From Octopus sinensis (lineage: Eukaryota): a DNA stretch of 64,000 nt. Shown in pieces: positions 37,062-51,038 of this stretch. The position numbers were made by a program, and so were the translations under genes. The DNA is taken from positions 63,314,464 through 63,378,463 of the forward strand of contig NC_043011.1 of NCBI RefSeq assembly GCF_006345805.1. The letters are read 5' to 3'. Within the stretch, counting starts at the first letter, position 1. The number at the start of each line of letters is the position of its first letter. The notes under the pieces are model-generated. The model did not search any database, had not been told where the DNA came from, and saw only the letters and a list, made by a program, of their open reading frames with translations.

Positions 37062-38325
37062 TGTGTTTGACTTTTGCTTTATATTTGTACAAGTTGGCTC
37101 CAAGTCTCACCCAGAGACCTCAAGAGGTAAACAGGTTTGCAGCTCATGTTGTTGTTATGCCTAGTGTGCCATATATTTGGGGGGGGGGGTTGTAGTTGTA
37201 CTAATGAATGTCCCCAAAATATTTTTTTTTAAAAACCGAAAATTATGTTTGTTTTTAACCTTGAGATTACATAGAAAGTATATTGCGTAGGATATGAGCA
37301 GTTCCCATGAGCACTATCTTTTGAATTTTTGCCATTTTGGGGTTTCCTGTTATTTGAGTTAGGTAGCTATCAGCCCCATTTGCTATCATTCCCAGGGCAC
37401 CTATGACAACAGGTATTGTTTCAGTCTTCAGCTTCCAGATTTTGCTGATTTCTATTTCAAGATCTTTATATTTGCTCAGTTTTTGGTAGGTCTTGACAGA
37501 TACGTTTATATCGATTGGGACAGTCATATCAATGAGGGGGCATGTTCTTTGTTTGAAGTCTTTCAATGTGATGTCTGGCCTATTTGCATCTATCTACCTG
37601 TCAGTTTGAATGGTGAGGTTCCAGAGGAGTGAGATGTGGTAATTTTCAAGCACTGGGGGTGGTTTGTGTTCCCACCAGTTTTATTCATGGGGCAAATCCA
37701 GGTTTTTGCAGATTACTCAGTGAATATATTGTGCCACTCTATCGTGTCTGTTGAGATACTCTGTAGGCGCTAGAAGACTGCACTTGGAGACCAAATGGTC
37801 AATGGTTTCATTTTGTTGCTGGCATACACTACTCGTTGGACTTCTTCTGATCTTTAATATGTTGACCTGGTAGTTTCTTGTGGGTATGCATCGATCTTGA
37901 GCTGCTATGATAAACTCCTCTGTTTCAGATTTTAAGCCAGAGGCCATTAGCCATTGATGGGTCAGGTCTTTGTCAACATCTGCATTATTTGCTCTCTTTG
38001 GGTATTTGCCATAGAGAGGTTTATTTGCCATTTATCATTCATAATATCTAAAGCCGCAGATTTAGCACGGGTTTTCATGCGCTTAGCTTTTTCTGTGCCT
38101 GTTTCTTGTATGTCTATCTCTAATTCCGAATTTTGTTGTATTCGGAATTCACTTAGATATACCTTTGCCTGTTTTGTTACTGAGTATGATGATTTCTTGT
38201 TTTCATGTTTTGAGACAAGTTTTAACATCCAGTCCTCAGAGTTTTTCAGGTAGGTGTCTAGGCCAATTGTAACAATCTTCATTGTTATTGCCAGTTGTAA
38301 AAGTCCACGGCCTCCCTCTTTTCCT
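37061..38325 (-). mobile_element. R4/Dong family A 3' fragment
   Basis: Reverse complement of about 30265-31541. Confidence 0.9.
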
Positions 38326-38334
38326 CTTCTTTTT

Positions 38335-38365
<31 letters not shown>

Positions 38366-38380
38366 TTATTATTATTATCA

Positions 38381-38473
<93 letters not shown>

Positions 38474-38496
38474 TAGTATCATTATTATTATTATTA

Positions 38497-38572
<76 letters not shown>

Positions 38573-39432
38573 TATAATAGAACTTAATACAATTCAAATG
38601 TTAAATAACATTGTTAATTATAAAAACATTACTTTGTCAATGAAAATAACATAACTGAATTTTAAACGTAAAACTGTAGGTCTTAACGTTTATAAGAAAT
38701 TAAAATCCTGAAGACGTAGTGTAAAATATAGAATAAAATTATCAATGAAAATGACGAAATATATTTATTCGTGAAAAAGGCGAAAATATTTTAGGTTTAT
38801 GAATTAAAGAAAAATAGAATGACAATTGAACTATAAATCACTATTTACTATAGATTAAGTACCAAATATTTATTCCGTAAACTATACATATGACATAGAA
38901 TAAATTTATATTACTATAACTAATAGGTCTTAGTAAAAGTATATATTATCATTTATGTATTAGGAACTATCTAAATTTAAAATTATTCAAATATATAAAT
39001 ATAACATATAATAATATAGTAAATTATACACTAATACTACTAAATTATATTAACAAGAAATAAGGTTTTATACATACGGAATAACAAGCTAAACGTGTCA
39101 TATAGGTAAATTAAAATTATGTTAGCATTTAATTTTAAATGACTATTTATTATAAAATTAAAGTCCAAATATTAAATAATTAAATATATATATTATATTT
39201 AAATTAATTAACATTACTATTATTAATATATCTTAATAAGTTTATATAATCATTCATTTATTAGCTAAACCTTTTATATAGGTAATTTAATTTGTTTACA
39301 TTTAGGTTTACGTTGTGCTAAGGACTCTACCAACATATAATTGTTATTAAATAATATTTCTTTGAATTCATTATTACAAAATGACCAATAATTACTCCTC
39401 ATAGAATATGATTAAGCCCTACAAATAGTCTC

Positions 39433-39747
39433 CTAAGTTAATTCATATTTAATAGATCTAGATTTAATGTCCCAAATATATTTACTGAGAACTGGTGAAT
39501 TTATTAGGATTTTATTCCTATAAGAATACGTATGTAGTGCTACACTTGTTTTAATTTTATTCGAAGTGGACCCTATATGAATAGTGTTTAAATTATGATA
39601 ATTAAAATACTTATCATCTATTAAATTTAAGATACACTTATAGACTACGTTATCTAAATAAAAATTATTATTAAATTTACATGTAGTTTTATCCCTACAT
39701 GTACAATAAATTATATCTTGTTCTGTATTATTAGTATAGGAATCCAT
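39433..39747 (-). pseudogene. AT-rich Penelope-type GIY-YIG relic
   Basis: CTCRDKTTC..NVVYKC...HIGSTSNKIK..H..S...LSKYIWDIK motif order of PLE endonucleases; embedded in AT-rich 38580-39960. Confidence 0.7.
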
Positions 39748-40016
39748 ATTTAATCATTCTGTAGAATTTATTTAATTTAAATGTATTAAAAGAAGAAATA
39801 ATATTACCAACATTACGAGTGGTTGAATACCCAACTCCAAAATTATTATTAGAAACAATGTTTTAATATTTTTTATTATCCCTAATGAATTATATTTAAA
39901 GTTCAATTATATCTAAAATCTCTTTAATAAGATTTGTTTTAACCTAAGCCCAGAAGGAACAATTAACGATATTTTGTTTTTTGTTTTATATTATTATTAT
40001 TATTGTTATTATTATT

Positions 40017-40234
40017 ACTCTTTTACTCATTTACTCTTTTACATGTTTCAGTCATTTGACTGCGGCCATGCTAGAGCACCGCCTATAGTCGAGCAAATCA
40101 ACCCCGGGACTTATTCTTTGTAAGCCCAGTACTTATTCAATCGGTCACTTTTGCCGAACTGCTAAGTGATGGGGACGTAAACACACCAGCATCGGTTGTC
40201 AAGCAATGCTAGGGGGACAAACATAGACACACAA

Positions 40235-40296
<62 letters not shown>

Positions 40297-40517
40297 ATAT
40301 CGGTGCATCAGCATGGCCGCAGCTCTGAGCTGAAACTAGAAAAGAAAAAAATATATACGACAGGCATCTTTCAGTTTCCATCTACCAAATCCACTCACAA
40401 GGCATTGGTCGGCCCGGGGCTATAGCAGAAGACACTTGCCCAAGATGAGACGCATTGGGACTGAACCCGGAACTATGTGGTTGGTTAGCAAGCAACTTAC
40501 CACACAGCCACTCCTGT
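40017..40517 (-). mobile_element. Full-length major-family tRNA SINE (empty-site orthologue of the interrupted SINE at 59725-62172)
   Basis: Contiguous head ...tggttagcaagcaacttaccacacagcc. Confidence 0.9.
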
Positions 40518-40612
40518 TATATATTATATTTATTATTATTATTATTATTATTATTAATATTATCATTATTATTATTATCATTATTATCATTATTCTTCTT
40601 CTTATTATTATT

Positions 40613-40785
40613 CTATGTTTGACTTTTGCTTTATGTCTGTACAAGTTGGCTCCAAGTCTCACCCAGAGACCTCAAGAGACAAAAGGTTGGAAGTTCTGTG
40701 CCATATATTTGTTTTTTTTTCTATGTTCCCCTTTTTTTGTGTTGTACTAGTGAATGTCTAATACGTAAAAATAAAATATAAATAA

Positions 40786-40836
<51 letters not shown>

Positions 40837-41620
40837 AAAAAAGGTTGTTTTAAACCTTGGGATTACAAAGAGAGTATTTTGCGTAGGATATGAGCAGTTC
40901 CCATGAGCACTATCTTTCGAATTTCTGCCATTTTGGGGTTTCCTGGTATCTGAGTTAGGTAGCAATCAGTCCCTTTCGCTATCATTCCCAGGGCACCTAT
41001 GACAACAGGTATTGTTTTAGTCTTCAGCTTCCACATTTTGCTGATTTCTATTTCAAGATCTTTATATTTGCTCAGTTTTTGGTAGGTCTTGACACATACG
41101 TTTATATCGATTAGGACAGTCATATCAATGAGGAGGCATGTTCTTTGTCTGAAATCTTTCAATATAATGTCTGGCCTATTTGCATCTATCTTCCTGTCAG
41201 TTTGAATGGTGAAGTTCCAGAGGCGTGAGATGTGGTCATTTTCAAGCACAGGAGGTGGATTTTGTTCCCACCAGATTTTTCATGGGGCAAATCCAGGTTT
41301 TTGTAAATTACACAGTGTATATATTGTGCAGCTCTATCATGCCTACTGAGGCACTCTGTAGACGCTAGAAGACAGCATTTGGAGACAACTTGTTCAATGG
41401 TTTCATTTTGTTGTCGGCATACACACGTTGGGCTACTGCCGTTCTTTAATATGTTGGCCTGGTAGTTTCTTGTTGGTAGGTATTGAGCTGCTATGATAAA
41501 CCCCTCCCTTTCAGATTTTAAGCCAGATGCCATTAGCCATTGATGGGTCAGGGCTTTGTCGATATCTGCAATATTCGTTCTCTTTGGTATTTGCCTTAGA
41601 GAGGTTTCTCTTGCCATTTA
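40613..41620 (-). mobile_element. R4/Dong family A 3' fragment, copy-1 specific
   Basis: RLE ORF 40863-41249; absent from the orthologous microsatellite at 62172-62690. Confidence 0.9.
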
Positions 41621-41622
41621 TT

Positions 41623-41732
<110 letters not shown>

Positions 41733-41740
41733 TAATATTA

Positions 41741-41790
<50 letters not shown>

Positions 41791-42330
41791 TGTAATATTA
41801 CTAAATTTATTATCTTCATTAATTGAATTAAATTTTTTCGTGTTTCTTTTTTTATTCATATTTTTATTATCTATTCCGGTATCAAATGTATTATTTACAT
41901 CATCAAAATACCTATTATTATTGGGACGATTGATACCTAAAAAACATTTATCATAATTCAGATAATTAGGTTTATCATTATAAAAATTATTTATATTATA
42001 CTCCTTCAAATTTTAATTATGTTTACACACACGTCCAAACATATTAGCTGCTCGCCAAATCCCGATAAACTAACTTGGTAACCCAATCTATGAAAGAGGC
42101 CGATAGAATAAGTATTAGGCTTACAAAAAATAAGTCCTGGGGTCGATTTCCTCGATTAAAAGCGGTGCTCCAGCATCGCCACAGTCAAATGACTGAAACA
42201 AGTAAAAGAGTAAAATGAGTATATATATATAGTTATTGCAAACATGAAAACACGAGGAGAAAACACAACAACGCGTGGACGTGGAACAAGTAGAGTGTTA
42301 TTGGACGCTCAGAAAGAAGGAAAGAAGGAG

Positions 42331-42364
42331 AGCTTAACGTTTCGAGCGGAGCTCTTCAGAAACA
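42331..42364 (-). ncRNA. Possible minimal hammerhead motif
   Basis: gttt-CTGAAGA-GCTCCGCTC-GAAA-CGTT-aagc; the duplicate at about 63234-63266 has a mutated core (CTAAAGA). Confidence 0.35.
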
Positions 42365-42725
42365 TAGGAAAAGGAAAGATCCAAAGAAAGGAAGACGGAG
42401 GAAATTAAATCACCAACGGTACACACGCGGTCACATTTTCAAATCAATATATATATATATATATATGAAAGCATGGAGTTGAACGACTTGTTAACAAATT
42501 TCCTTTATTTTCGACATATGTTTCGAAGGCTACCCAGGTATCGGTTATCTTTCGAATTATCCTTAATAAGATAATTCATTCAGCTACTCAAATATATATA
42601 TATATATATATATTATCTCGAAACGTAAAAAAGAACTTTTACTATTCCTGAGTGTTACACTAATACATCTGTTTGTTTCGTACACCACCTGTCTTCGTCT
42701 TTTGTTTTTTGTCGTAAACTCTACC

Positions 42726-42774
<49 letters not shown>

Positions 42775-43202
42775 GTATATGCGTATATATTTGTTTTTTT
42801 TCTGTAAACTTTAGCTATGGTTTTTCTTGTGCTTGTGCGTATATAGACGTATGTATGAACTTTTACGGTACGTGTGTGTGTGTGTGTATGTGTTTGTATA
42901 TATATATGCGTATATATTTGGCGTAAAATGCGAGTGAATATGTGTACGTTTTCATAGGGACATATAAGTACGCACGTAGGTCCCCTAGCGCACATGTGAG
43001 CGTATGATTAGCCATGTTTACGTGTTTATTTTTAATTTCATATACGTACAGAATTATAGCACATTAATTTCCCTTTATATAACGGTATTCTTTCATAGCG
43101 TTTTTTCCGATGGCCAGATAACCGAAGACATGGTGGTGTGTTTTTCCTCTTCGGCATCTGAAACTCAGAGTTTTATCTTGACTATTGAGTAATTGTAACA
43201 TA

Positions 43203-43284
<82 letters not shown>

Positions 43285-43392
43285 TTCATTTCTACGTAAT
43301 CATTTAATATGTGAATAAATCTTCTGCATTTACACAGCAGATGTAATTATTATGAATAAAAGAAAAACAAGAAATTCAATATTGCAACTTAC

Positions 43393-43429
43393 CTACAAAT
43401 AGTAGACATACGAGGAATAAAATTGTCAT
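43393..43429 (-). CDS. Gene B exon 1 (signal peptide): MTILFLVCLLFV(D)
   Basis: ATG after an in-frame stop, hydrophobic run, perfect donor G|gtaagt in phase 1; spliced to exon 2 gives MTILFLVCLLFVDAAA-LNMC. Confidence 0.8.
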
Positions 43430-43961
43430 GCCGTTTCTATCATGCGTTTAAACAAACAAATGGTGCTATGACAATGAACACTGTTATATTGTTACATGTA
43501 ATCACATTCAGTGTAACATATGCCAGGCACCAGTAAAACGAAATAGTGCAATTCAATTCAGCCTGTCATATTAAATTACAGAGCGACAATAGTTCTTTCG
43601 CCTGAATATTTATTTTTCGAATAACGATGTATACGTGGATACAGAAATAAAAACCTACAGTTAAATACTTATTACTCTCCTTAGATAATTATATAACCTG
43701 TAGTCATTAAACTGAAGCATATCTTTCGGGAATGCATATCCCATTTTGCTGCATTCGTGTTTTACATTGAAGTGCAACCATCCTGGGCACAATATTGAAT
43801 ATTTTATTAAAGAAAACAACCTCATTACTAAATTTTAAAAACTTGTATTGTGTTTAGTGTATCTTCAACTATATACTCTTAGTACTCAAACTTCTTGCCG
43901 CTCTAAAGAATCATAGCATAAATGAAGAAGTCAAACCCTGTTGCAACCATTATTATTATTA

Positions 43962-44001
<40 letters not shown>

Positions 44002-44048
44002 TATTATTATTATTATTATTTTTATTATTTTTTTTATTATTATTATTG

Positions 44049-44114
<66 letters not shown>

Positions 44115-44121
44115 TTATCAA

Positions 44122-44158
<37 letters not shown>

Positions 44159-44179
44159 ATTATTATCATTATTGTTATT

Positions 44180-44660
44180 TTATGTTTGACGTTTGCTTTA
44201 CATCTGTACAAATTCGCTCCCAGTCTCACCCAGAGACTTCAAGAGACAACAATTTCGAATTTCATGTTCGTGTTATGCCTAGTGTGCCATATATTTGGTT
44301 TTGTACATAGTGTTGTTCTAGAGAATGTTTAAGAAACTATAAGAATCCCTGTGTTAAAACTTGAGATTACATAGAAAGTATTTTACGTAGGACATGTGCA
44401 GTTTTCATGAGTACTATCTTTTGAATTTCTGCAACTTTGGGGTATCCTATATCTGAGATTGGTAGCAAGCCTTCCCCTTTTGCTATAATTCCCAGGGCAC
44501 CTATGACAACAGGTATTATTTTAGTCTCCAGGTTCCACATTTTGCTGATTTCTATTTCAAGATCTTTATATTTGCTCAGTTTTTGGGAGGTCTTGACAGA
44601 TACGTTTATATCGATTGGGACAGTCATATCAATGAGGAGGCATGTTTTTGGCTGAAGTCT
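44180..44660 (-). mobile_element. R4/Dong family A-related 3' fragment (diverged)
   Basis: RLE C-terminal ORF 44367-44627 and a related 3' UTR, flanked by (TTA)n. Confidence 0.85.
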
Positions 44661-44682
44661 TTATAATAATTATTATTATTAT

Positions 44683-45156
44683 TGAGTGAGAGAGCAGTGC
44701 ATGCCATCAAAGTGACACTGGGGTAAAATATACGAAGCCCAATATACCCATCATGACTACCCGTCTGATAAGGGTAAACCAGGCACATGCATCACAACCA
44801 TATGTGCGCGACATGGTGATCCCATATCAAGATAAACAGCACATGACCTTGCAGGTGGGGCCCTGTTAGAATTTTCTTCAGGTTGAGTAGCCCATCCCGC
44901 TCAAAAGGTCCCTGAATAAGGGTTGTTTAAGGATGTTGAAAGAACCACCCATGTTTCCAGAGGTGAATTATTCAAGCCCCAAATAATCCCTCTCAACACA
45001 TGGCTATGAGGCTCCCCCAATACTTCTGCTCGTGATCAGAGATGCACATATCGTCAGCTACTAAGGGACATGCTCAACTGGTTAAGGTCAAATTACTGAC
45101 AAGCAAATCTGTGGTATTTAGCAGAATATTTGATGTAGGCCATCTTTTATACCATC

Positions 45157-45158
<2 letters not shown>
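44683..45158 (-). mobile_element. Non-coding interspersed element embedded in (ATT)n (candidate non-autonomous retroposon)
   Basis: GC-richer 475-bp block sharply bounded by ATT repeats on both sides; no ORF; single copy in this window. Confidence 0.5.
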
Positions 45159-45187
<29 letters not shown>

Positions 45188-45633
45188 GTTGTTGTTGTTG
45201 TTGTCGTTGTTGTTGTTTTTGTTTGTTATTATTATTGGTATTCTTAAATGCACATAGTAAATTTGCATATAGGGAAGAGGCCTGCAAACAATAATCTCTA
45301 GCAATCTCCTTGTGCCTACTTCCAGATATACATGATTTAATGCCTTTCACACAAACATAGGATCTAACAAGTTGAAGTTAAAGCGCTGCAAACAATAGCG
45401 TCTAGCAATCTCCTTGCATCTACTTAAGAGTAGAAATGAAAATTAAATAAATTTGTCTCGCCACAAATTTATTGGCTGATATTAAAAATATTAACATTCG
45501 ATAGTTACTCATTTTGCGATACTTTCATTCTCGTACAGCTGAATTTGAGATTAAACAAGAGGAAAACATGTTACATGCTATATACTTCTTTATATATCAT
45601 TACAATTATAGAATTATTTAATAATAAGGAAGT

Positions 45634-46778
45634 TCACTGCTCATATTCGGAATATTCGTCAGATTTCACCAGACCTGCAATGTGACAAAAATATGTTCAA
45701 TAGAGTGGTTTTAGCAGAGGTAATCTTTTATTCTTTGAAATAAACATGTAATTATAAACGTAATTTTAAGGAAAACGTATGTTTAACTGATTTCTGTGCG
45801 TTTTCTCGTGTTTTATCCTTCACCTCTTAAAAACCGCTGTTTGTTTGATGACGTCTCCGTATCATTCTCCATTTGCGAAATGGCACCAAAAGTATAAATA
45901 CTGGAGTTGTTTTCTTGTACAGAACTCTTAAATGCGGTGCTCTAACATGACCGCAATCCTATGAAAGAAACAAGCAATACTATGCTAAAGTTGCTGTACA
46001 GTTCTTTCTTATATATCTCTCGCATTTTATATAGTCTACTTTGTGTATATCACACCAAGATAATATTGGGAAGTGAGCGAAGGCATAAATGAATAATAAA
46101 CTATAGTAAAATAGAAACATGTTATAATTGCAATAGTTACCGAATGTTAAACTGCTTCCAACTAGTTAACTCTTCGACGGTCGTACTGAAAAGAATATTT
46201 GATATATTAGGATTCATATTAATACCCCCTATTCCAAGTTCATTTTTTATCTCCAGAGTTACGTTCATCAATTGGATTCAAGTTCATTATACAAATACTT
46301 ATGTGCTAAGTTTCAACTGTTTGAAATATTATGAAGAATTAAAGCAGATTCTTATTTATTTCGTTATCGCGCTTAAATTTTGCATGATATAGTTTTTTCT
46401 CATTGTGTGTGAAATTATAAAAATATTACAATTGCAAGTGTAATATCGCTAAATATGTTGCTTGGAATAAACACAGGAAATTTGATCGATGTTCTCGTAT
46501 TGCCACTATATCATCGATTAGCTAACGTTTGTGTACCGAGTTAAAAACAAAATCGGTACTACACGAGATCTAAATGACCAAACGTTATAAGTGTACAGCA
46601 TTTGGTTGTCATTCGCGGTCGATTTAATGGTAGACCAATATTTCAATGATAAATATTGTTTCGAATTATGGGACAAAGCTTGTAGGATACGAATTTCAAT
46701 GATGAAATGTCATGATGTCAGTGGACACTACACGTGTTACTAAGTCCATTGTTTCGTGGAATCTTTCTCTTGCAACAA
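45634..46778 (-). CDS. Gene C tentative 3' exons (46741-46778, 46141-46185, 45824-45900, 45634-45674)
   Basis: Same sequence, lengths and splice sites as the tentative gene B exons. Confidence 0.35.
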
Positions 46779-46942
46779 CTAATAACAATATACGTTACAA
46801 AAGATGACATGTTTTGTATTTCAAATATGAACTTCATTTGAATGAATGAGAAAAGTTTGTACGCTATCGTCTCACAGAATAAACTAACGTAAGTGTCATT
46901 TAGAATGAATTACGCACAAACAAAGTAAATTAAATTAATTAC

Positions 46943-47036
46943 CGCAGGAATGCAATGATCAGTAAACAGGTTGTGGAAATAGTGACCACAGTCTGCACGC
47001 ACATCTTTTAGGCAATCATAATAATAAATCCAACGT
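46943..47036 (-). CDS. Gene C exon 3: (V)RWIYYYDCLKDVRADCGHYFHNLFTDHCIPA
   Basis: 94 nt, splice sites retained; differs from gene B by N/K and I/D. Confidence 0.85.
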
Positions 47037-47109
47037 CTGTAAGATAAATACAAAAAGGTTTTCATTTCGGATGTATTAATGTCACTGTCAAGAAATGGTG
47101 ATTCTCGAA

Positions 47110-50100
47110 CTACGAGAGCTCACCATGTATACAGTTCTGAAATCGGTGCTTGGCAGAGTGCTTACAAGTTCTTGCATATAAATCATTTACTGATTTATAT
47201 TAAATCGAATTCTCTTGTAACCGAAAAAATCTTCATTTTTTTTTAGCTGTCTTGAAAACAACTTGCAAGTGTTGGAGTTCCACCCTATCAAAACATTTCG
47301 ATTGATCCCAATTGGTGAGCACTCCAGACATGCCACTTTCCTTACCCACCTTCACTATTATGTAGCGCGTGGGTGCATTTTGTCGTGAATATTACTGTTT
47401 GGGGTAGCGCCAGTCTGCGCGTCAATAATCAGCTCATTAACAAGTGTCAGCCCCTTGGCTACTACTGTATAATCGACATAAAGCTGAGTTATAGACTGAA
47501 AATTATCCATTTTGTCTCGCTTATTCGACTTCTTCCTCAACATTACCACCACTCTATCCATGGCTTAAGCACTAGGAATTTTCCCATTCTGTTGCCAGTT
47601 GTAGACGTCAGCCAAGAAACTATCAAACAAGTCTGACAAATTTAAATAAAACTCGAAGGCCAGACCATCCCAACCCGGAGATTTCTCTCTTGCGCAGTCC
47701 GTCATCGCATCCCATGTGTCTTCTGCTGTTATTAGCATTTCGCAGAACACCGCATCCCTGGCTGAGAGGCGCGTCATGTTGCTGATTTAAGAGGTGTAAT
47801 TCACTACCGTCCTAGAATCACTGCGCGCTCCATACAGTTCGGTGAAGTGCCGCCGAAACACTGCCCACTTTGTCTTGCATTGGGTTATCATGCACACGCA
47901 GACTGAATTGTTGATTTGTATCTACGTAGTGCTTGGGACATCCGGACCCATCAAACGGCTTTCGTCCCTTCTCGTCTTAGTGCACGTGTCCTAGCTTTGA
48001 CACCCTAACCTTCATGCTTCACATTTGATAATTGGTCAAGTATCAATCTCGCTGCAGAAAGCGCCGACCGCTATTCCTTCCCATAGAACCACTTCTAGCT
48101 CCGTTATTAGGTCACTCCGTATCCTAGATTCCTCTAATGCCGTTACTAAAATCTATCGCCACTACTATTAGAGGCCGTTTTAAAAGTATCTGCCATCCGT
48201 TGTTTATTGCGCTCGCCATCTGTGAATGGGCTAACTTGCTAACCTGGACTACGAAAGTTTGGCCTACCTGTAAGGACGCCTTTATCTTCCAGTTTCGAGA
48301 ACTGCAAATATCGCCGGCCGTTATTCCTTCCCCTATCGCCACTTCTAGCTCCCTAACTCGGTCTCCCTCTGTCCTAGATTCACCTAACACTATGATTAAA
48401 ATTTACTGCCTCTAGTATAACAGGCCGTTTTAAACCTATTATCCGTTATTGACTATTGCGCTCGCCAACTCTCGATGGACTAACTTGGTAACTTGTTCTA
48501 TGAAATCTTCGCTCGCCAGGAAGGATGCCTTCAGCTTTCAGTATCCAGGACACTCTCAGACGTACAGATCACAAATTTATGTTCCGCGTAACCGACGATT
48601 TTGAAATGAGGATAACTCATACTACTTGTATGTACAGGCCATCTGAATACCATCTGGAAGGCCCGATGCACTTCGACCATCTTCACATTGGTGTATTCAG
48701 TAACTGTCATCCAACTGGAAGGAACGTGGCAGGATTGTGCGGTTTTTACACCCCACTTCTCCTATCAGTATGAATAAATCAGGATGCCCTGCCCCCGTGT
48801 GGGTGTTAACAGCAACCACTCTAGATGTACGACATCCAATGTCACTCTCGTCCACGACCAAAATCGTAATCTGCGGTTCCAGGAAGATCATTCGAACTTC
48901 GAAATCCAAGCTTTCCTACAGAGCAGTGTGACATTGCCTCCCATTCCGGGCCGATAACAGATTCGATAATCTCTTAATCGTCGAAAATGAATATAAATTG
49001 GCGTGTGTCGTAAATTCCAGCCTCACTGGCTGCTATCATATCCAAACCTAGTGACCTGACGTCCTTGAGAAAGCGACCTGTCTTCCAGGGTGGTTTCAGG
49101 TCAGGAACATTTAGACAGACTACTCAGACAATCGCAAATGTTTCACGCGGAAAATCTGTCTGAATTTCTGTGTATGCTTGGAGGGATAGACCATGGGTGT
49201 TGTAAATTGCAAACATTCTCTCAATCTCCTTGTTTCTGGTTGAGAGCCAACAAATATTTGTTGTGTCATCTCACGAGCACTAAATTCGATTTTTCCGTAT
49301 TGGTGACTGTGAGCATGGGGGCTACGTGTAGTGTCTCCATGTGGTTGTGGGTGCATTGATAGATTTAGCTCGGGTAGTGGTGATTGTGCGAATGTTGGCG
49401 CAGGTGTTGTTTCTGTTGTGTCTATTTTCAATGTGTTCGGGGGGTGGGGGATGCTGTGTTTTCGGGTGTTGGTGTAGGATTCTCTGTTTTCTCTTCGTTT
49501 GAGGATGAAATGTTCTCTGTAAGATCTGTCACGGATTGGCAGTGTGTCTGTGTTAGTGTTAGCCTCTTTGTGTAATTGTATGCATGAGACAGGTTACGAG
49601 GAGTCCCTTTTCAATGATACTCTGAGTGCATTCCCCCATTGAAAGAGGCTCAAATAAGTCAGTCGTTTATGGAGATGAGGCTATCACTTCATTAAGAGAT
49701 ATCGGTCGTTGCTATTGCTGGGGATGCAATGTAGTCTTTTTCGGGCAGAAGTCTCTGAGGTGGCATGCGGGACTACAGATGACGTATCTTGATTTCCTGA
49801 CTTCCACGTCGAGACATATTTCCAGCTCTTTGAACAGCAGGGTCACGTCCGGGATCTTCTTGATATCTGGATTTACATAGATTAATAATTTCAAGTTGAT
49901 CTCACACAAAGTTCTCATGCCTCACCCGTTTTACCTCCAAGAGTGACTCTGTTTTATGCACGACACAGATAACAATCCAAAACACGTGTACTCCCCAAAT
50001 TATAGTTGTTATCTTTGGAAGGTAGGTGGGATATTGACGACAAACTCCTCAGGCCACCGAGGTGGCACAGCATGACTTCGGGCGAGACCCTCGCTTTTAA

Positions 50101-50640
50101 AGGGGACCTCAAAGCTGGTAAACTGCTTCCCTCTCTGTATATGTGCCTCATCTATGAAGATATCTCTGAGGAATTCCTCGATGTGACTAATGAAATCAGT
50201 TTCTGCTCTTTTACTTCTTCTCTATTGCCTCTATTATTTCGGTAGGTACGAACACTACAACCTTACATCATCAAAATTAATGATGTCTTTCGCTTTTGAG
50301 AGTTCACGTGTTTTGTCCTCGAGTGTGATTGCAAACATTTCTCTCTTCGTGATCGCTTCATCAGCAAACATTTTATTTTTGTCGTTGTTGTTTTTTTTTG
50401 TTGTCGTTGCTGTTTTTATTCTTGTTACGTCTGTGCTATTGTTGCTGCTGATGGTGGTGGTGCCGTTGTGGCCACTTTACCTGTTGCCACATTCACAACT
50501 ATTGTCACATCTATTTCCCTCCAATCCGCTTTGAATAATAGCATTATTTTTTCCGCTAAAATCCGTAGCATTATTAATGAAAACGCAATATCTTCTACTA
50601 TTGTCACTCCTACCTCTTCTGGTGGCCTCTCATCTTTACT
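47110..50640 (-). mobile_element. L1/Tx1-like LINE relic, copy 2 (retains about 550 bp more RT)
   Basis: KSPGWDGLAFEFY and DNFQSITQLYVDY RT-proximal motifs at 47358-47777. Confidence 0.75.
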
Positions 50641-50860
50641 AATTGTAAACACACACATACATATGTATACATATATATATATATATATACATATATGCCA
50701 CAGGCTTCTTTCAGTTTCCGTCTACCAAATCCATTCACAAGGCATTGGTCGGCCCGGGGCTATAGCAGAAGACACTTGCCCAAGATGCCACTCAGTGGGA
50801 CTGAACCCGGAACCATGTGGTTGGTTAGCAAGCTACTTACCACACAGCCACTCCTGCGCC

Positions 50861-50913
<53 letters not shown>

Positions 50914-50938
50914 TAATAACAATAACAATAGTACGTAC

Positions 50939-51038
50939 ACGCATTCTTTACTGACTAATGGCGATGGCATGGTTGCTCTCCATCTATTCCTGCAATAACT
51001 AATGGCCAGATTTTCACACATGTTTAGAGCAGCAGCAT
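50939..51038 (-). CDS. Gene C exon 2: (D)AAALNMCENLAISYCRNRWRATMPSPLVSKEC(V)
   Basis: 100 nt, splice sites retained; one K/N change versus gene B. Confidence 0.85.
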
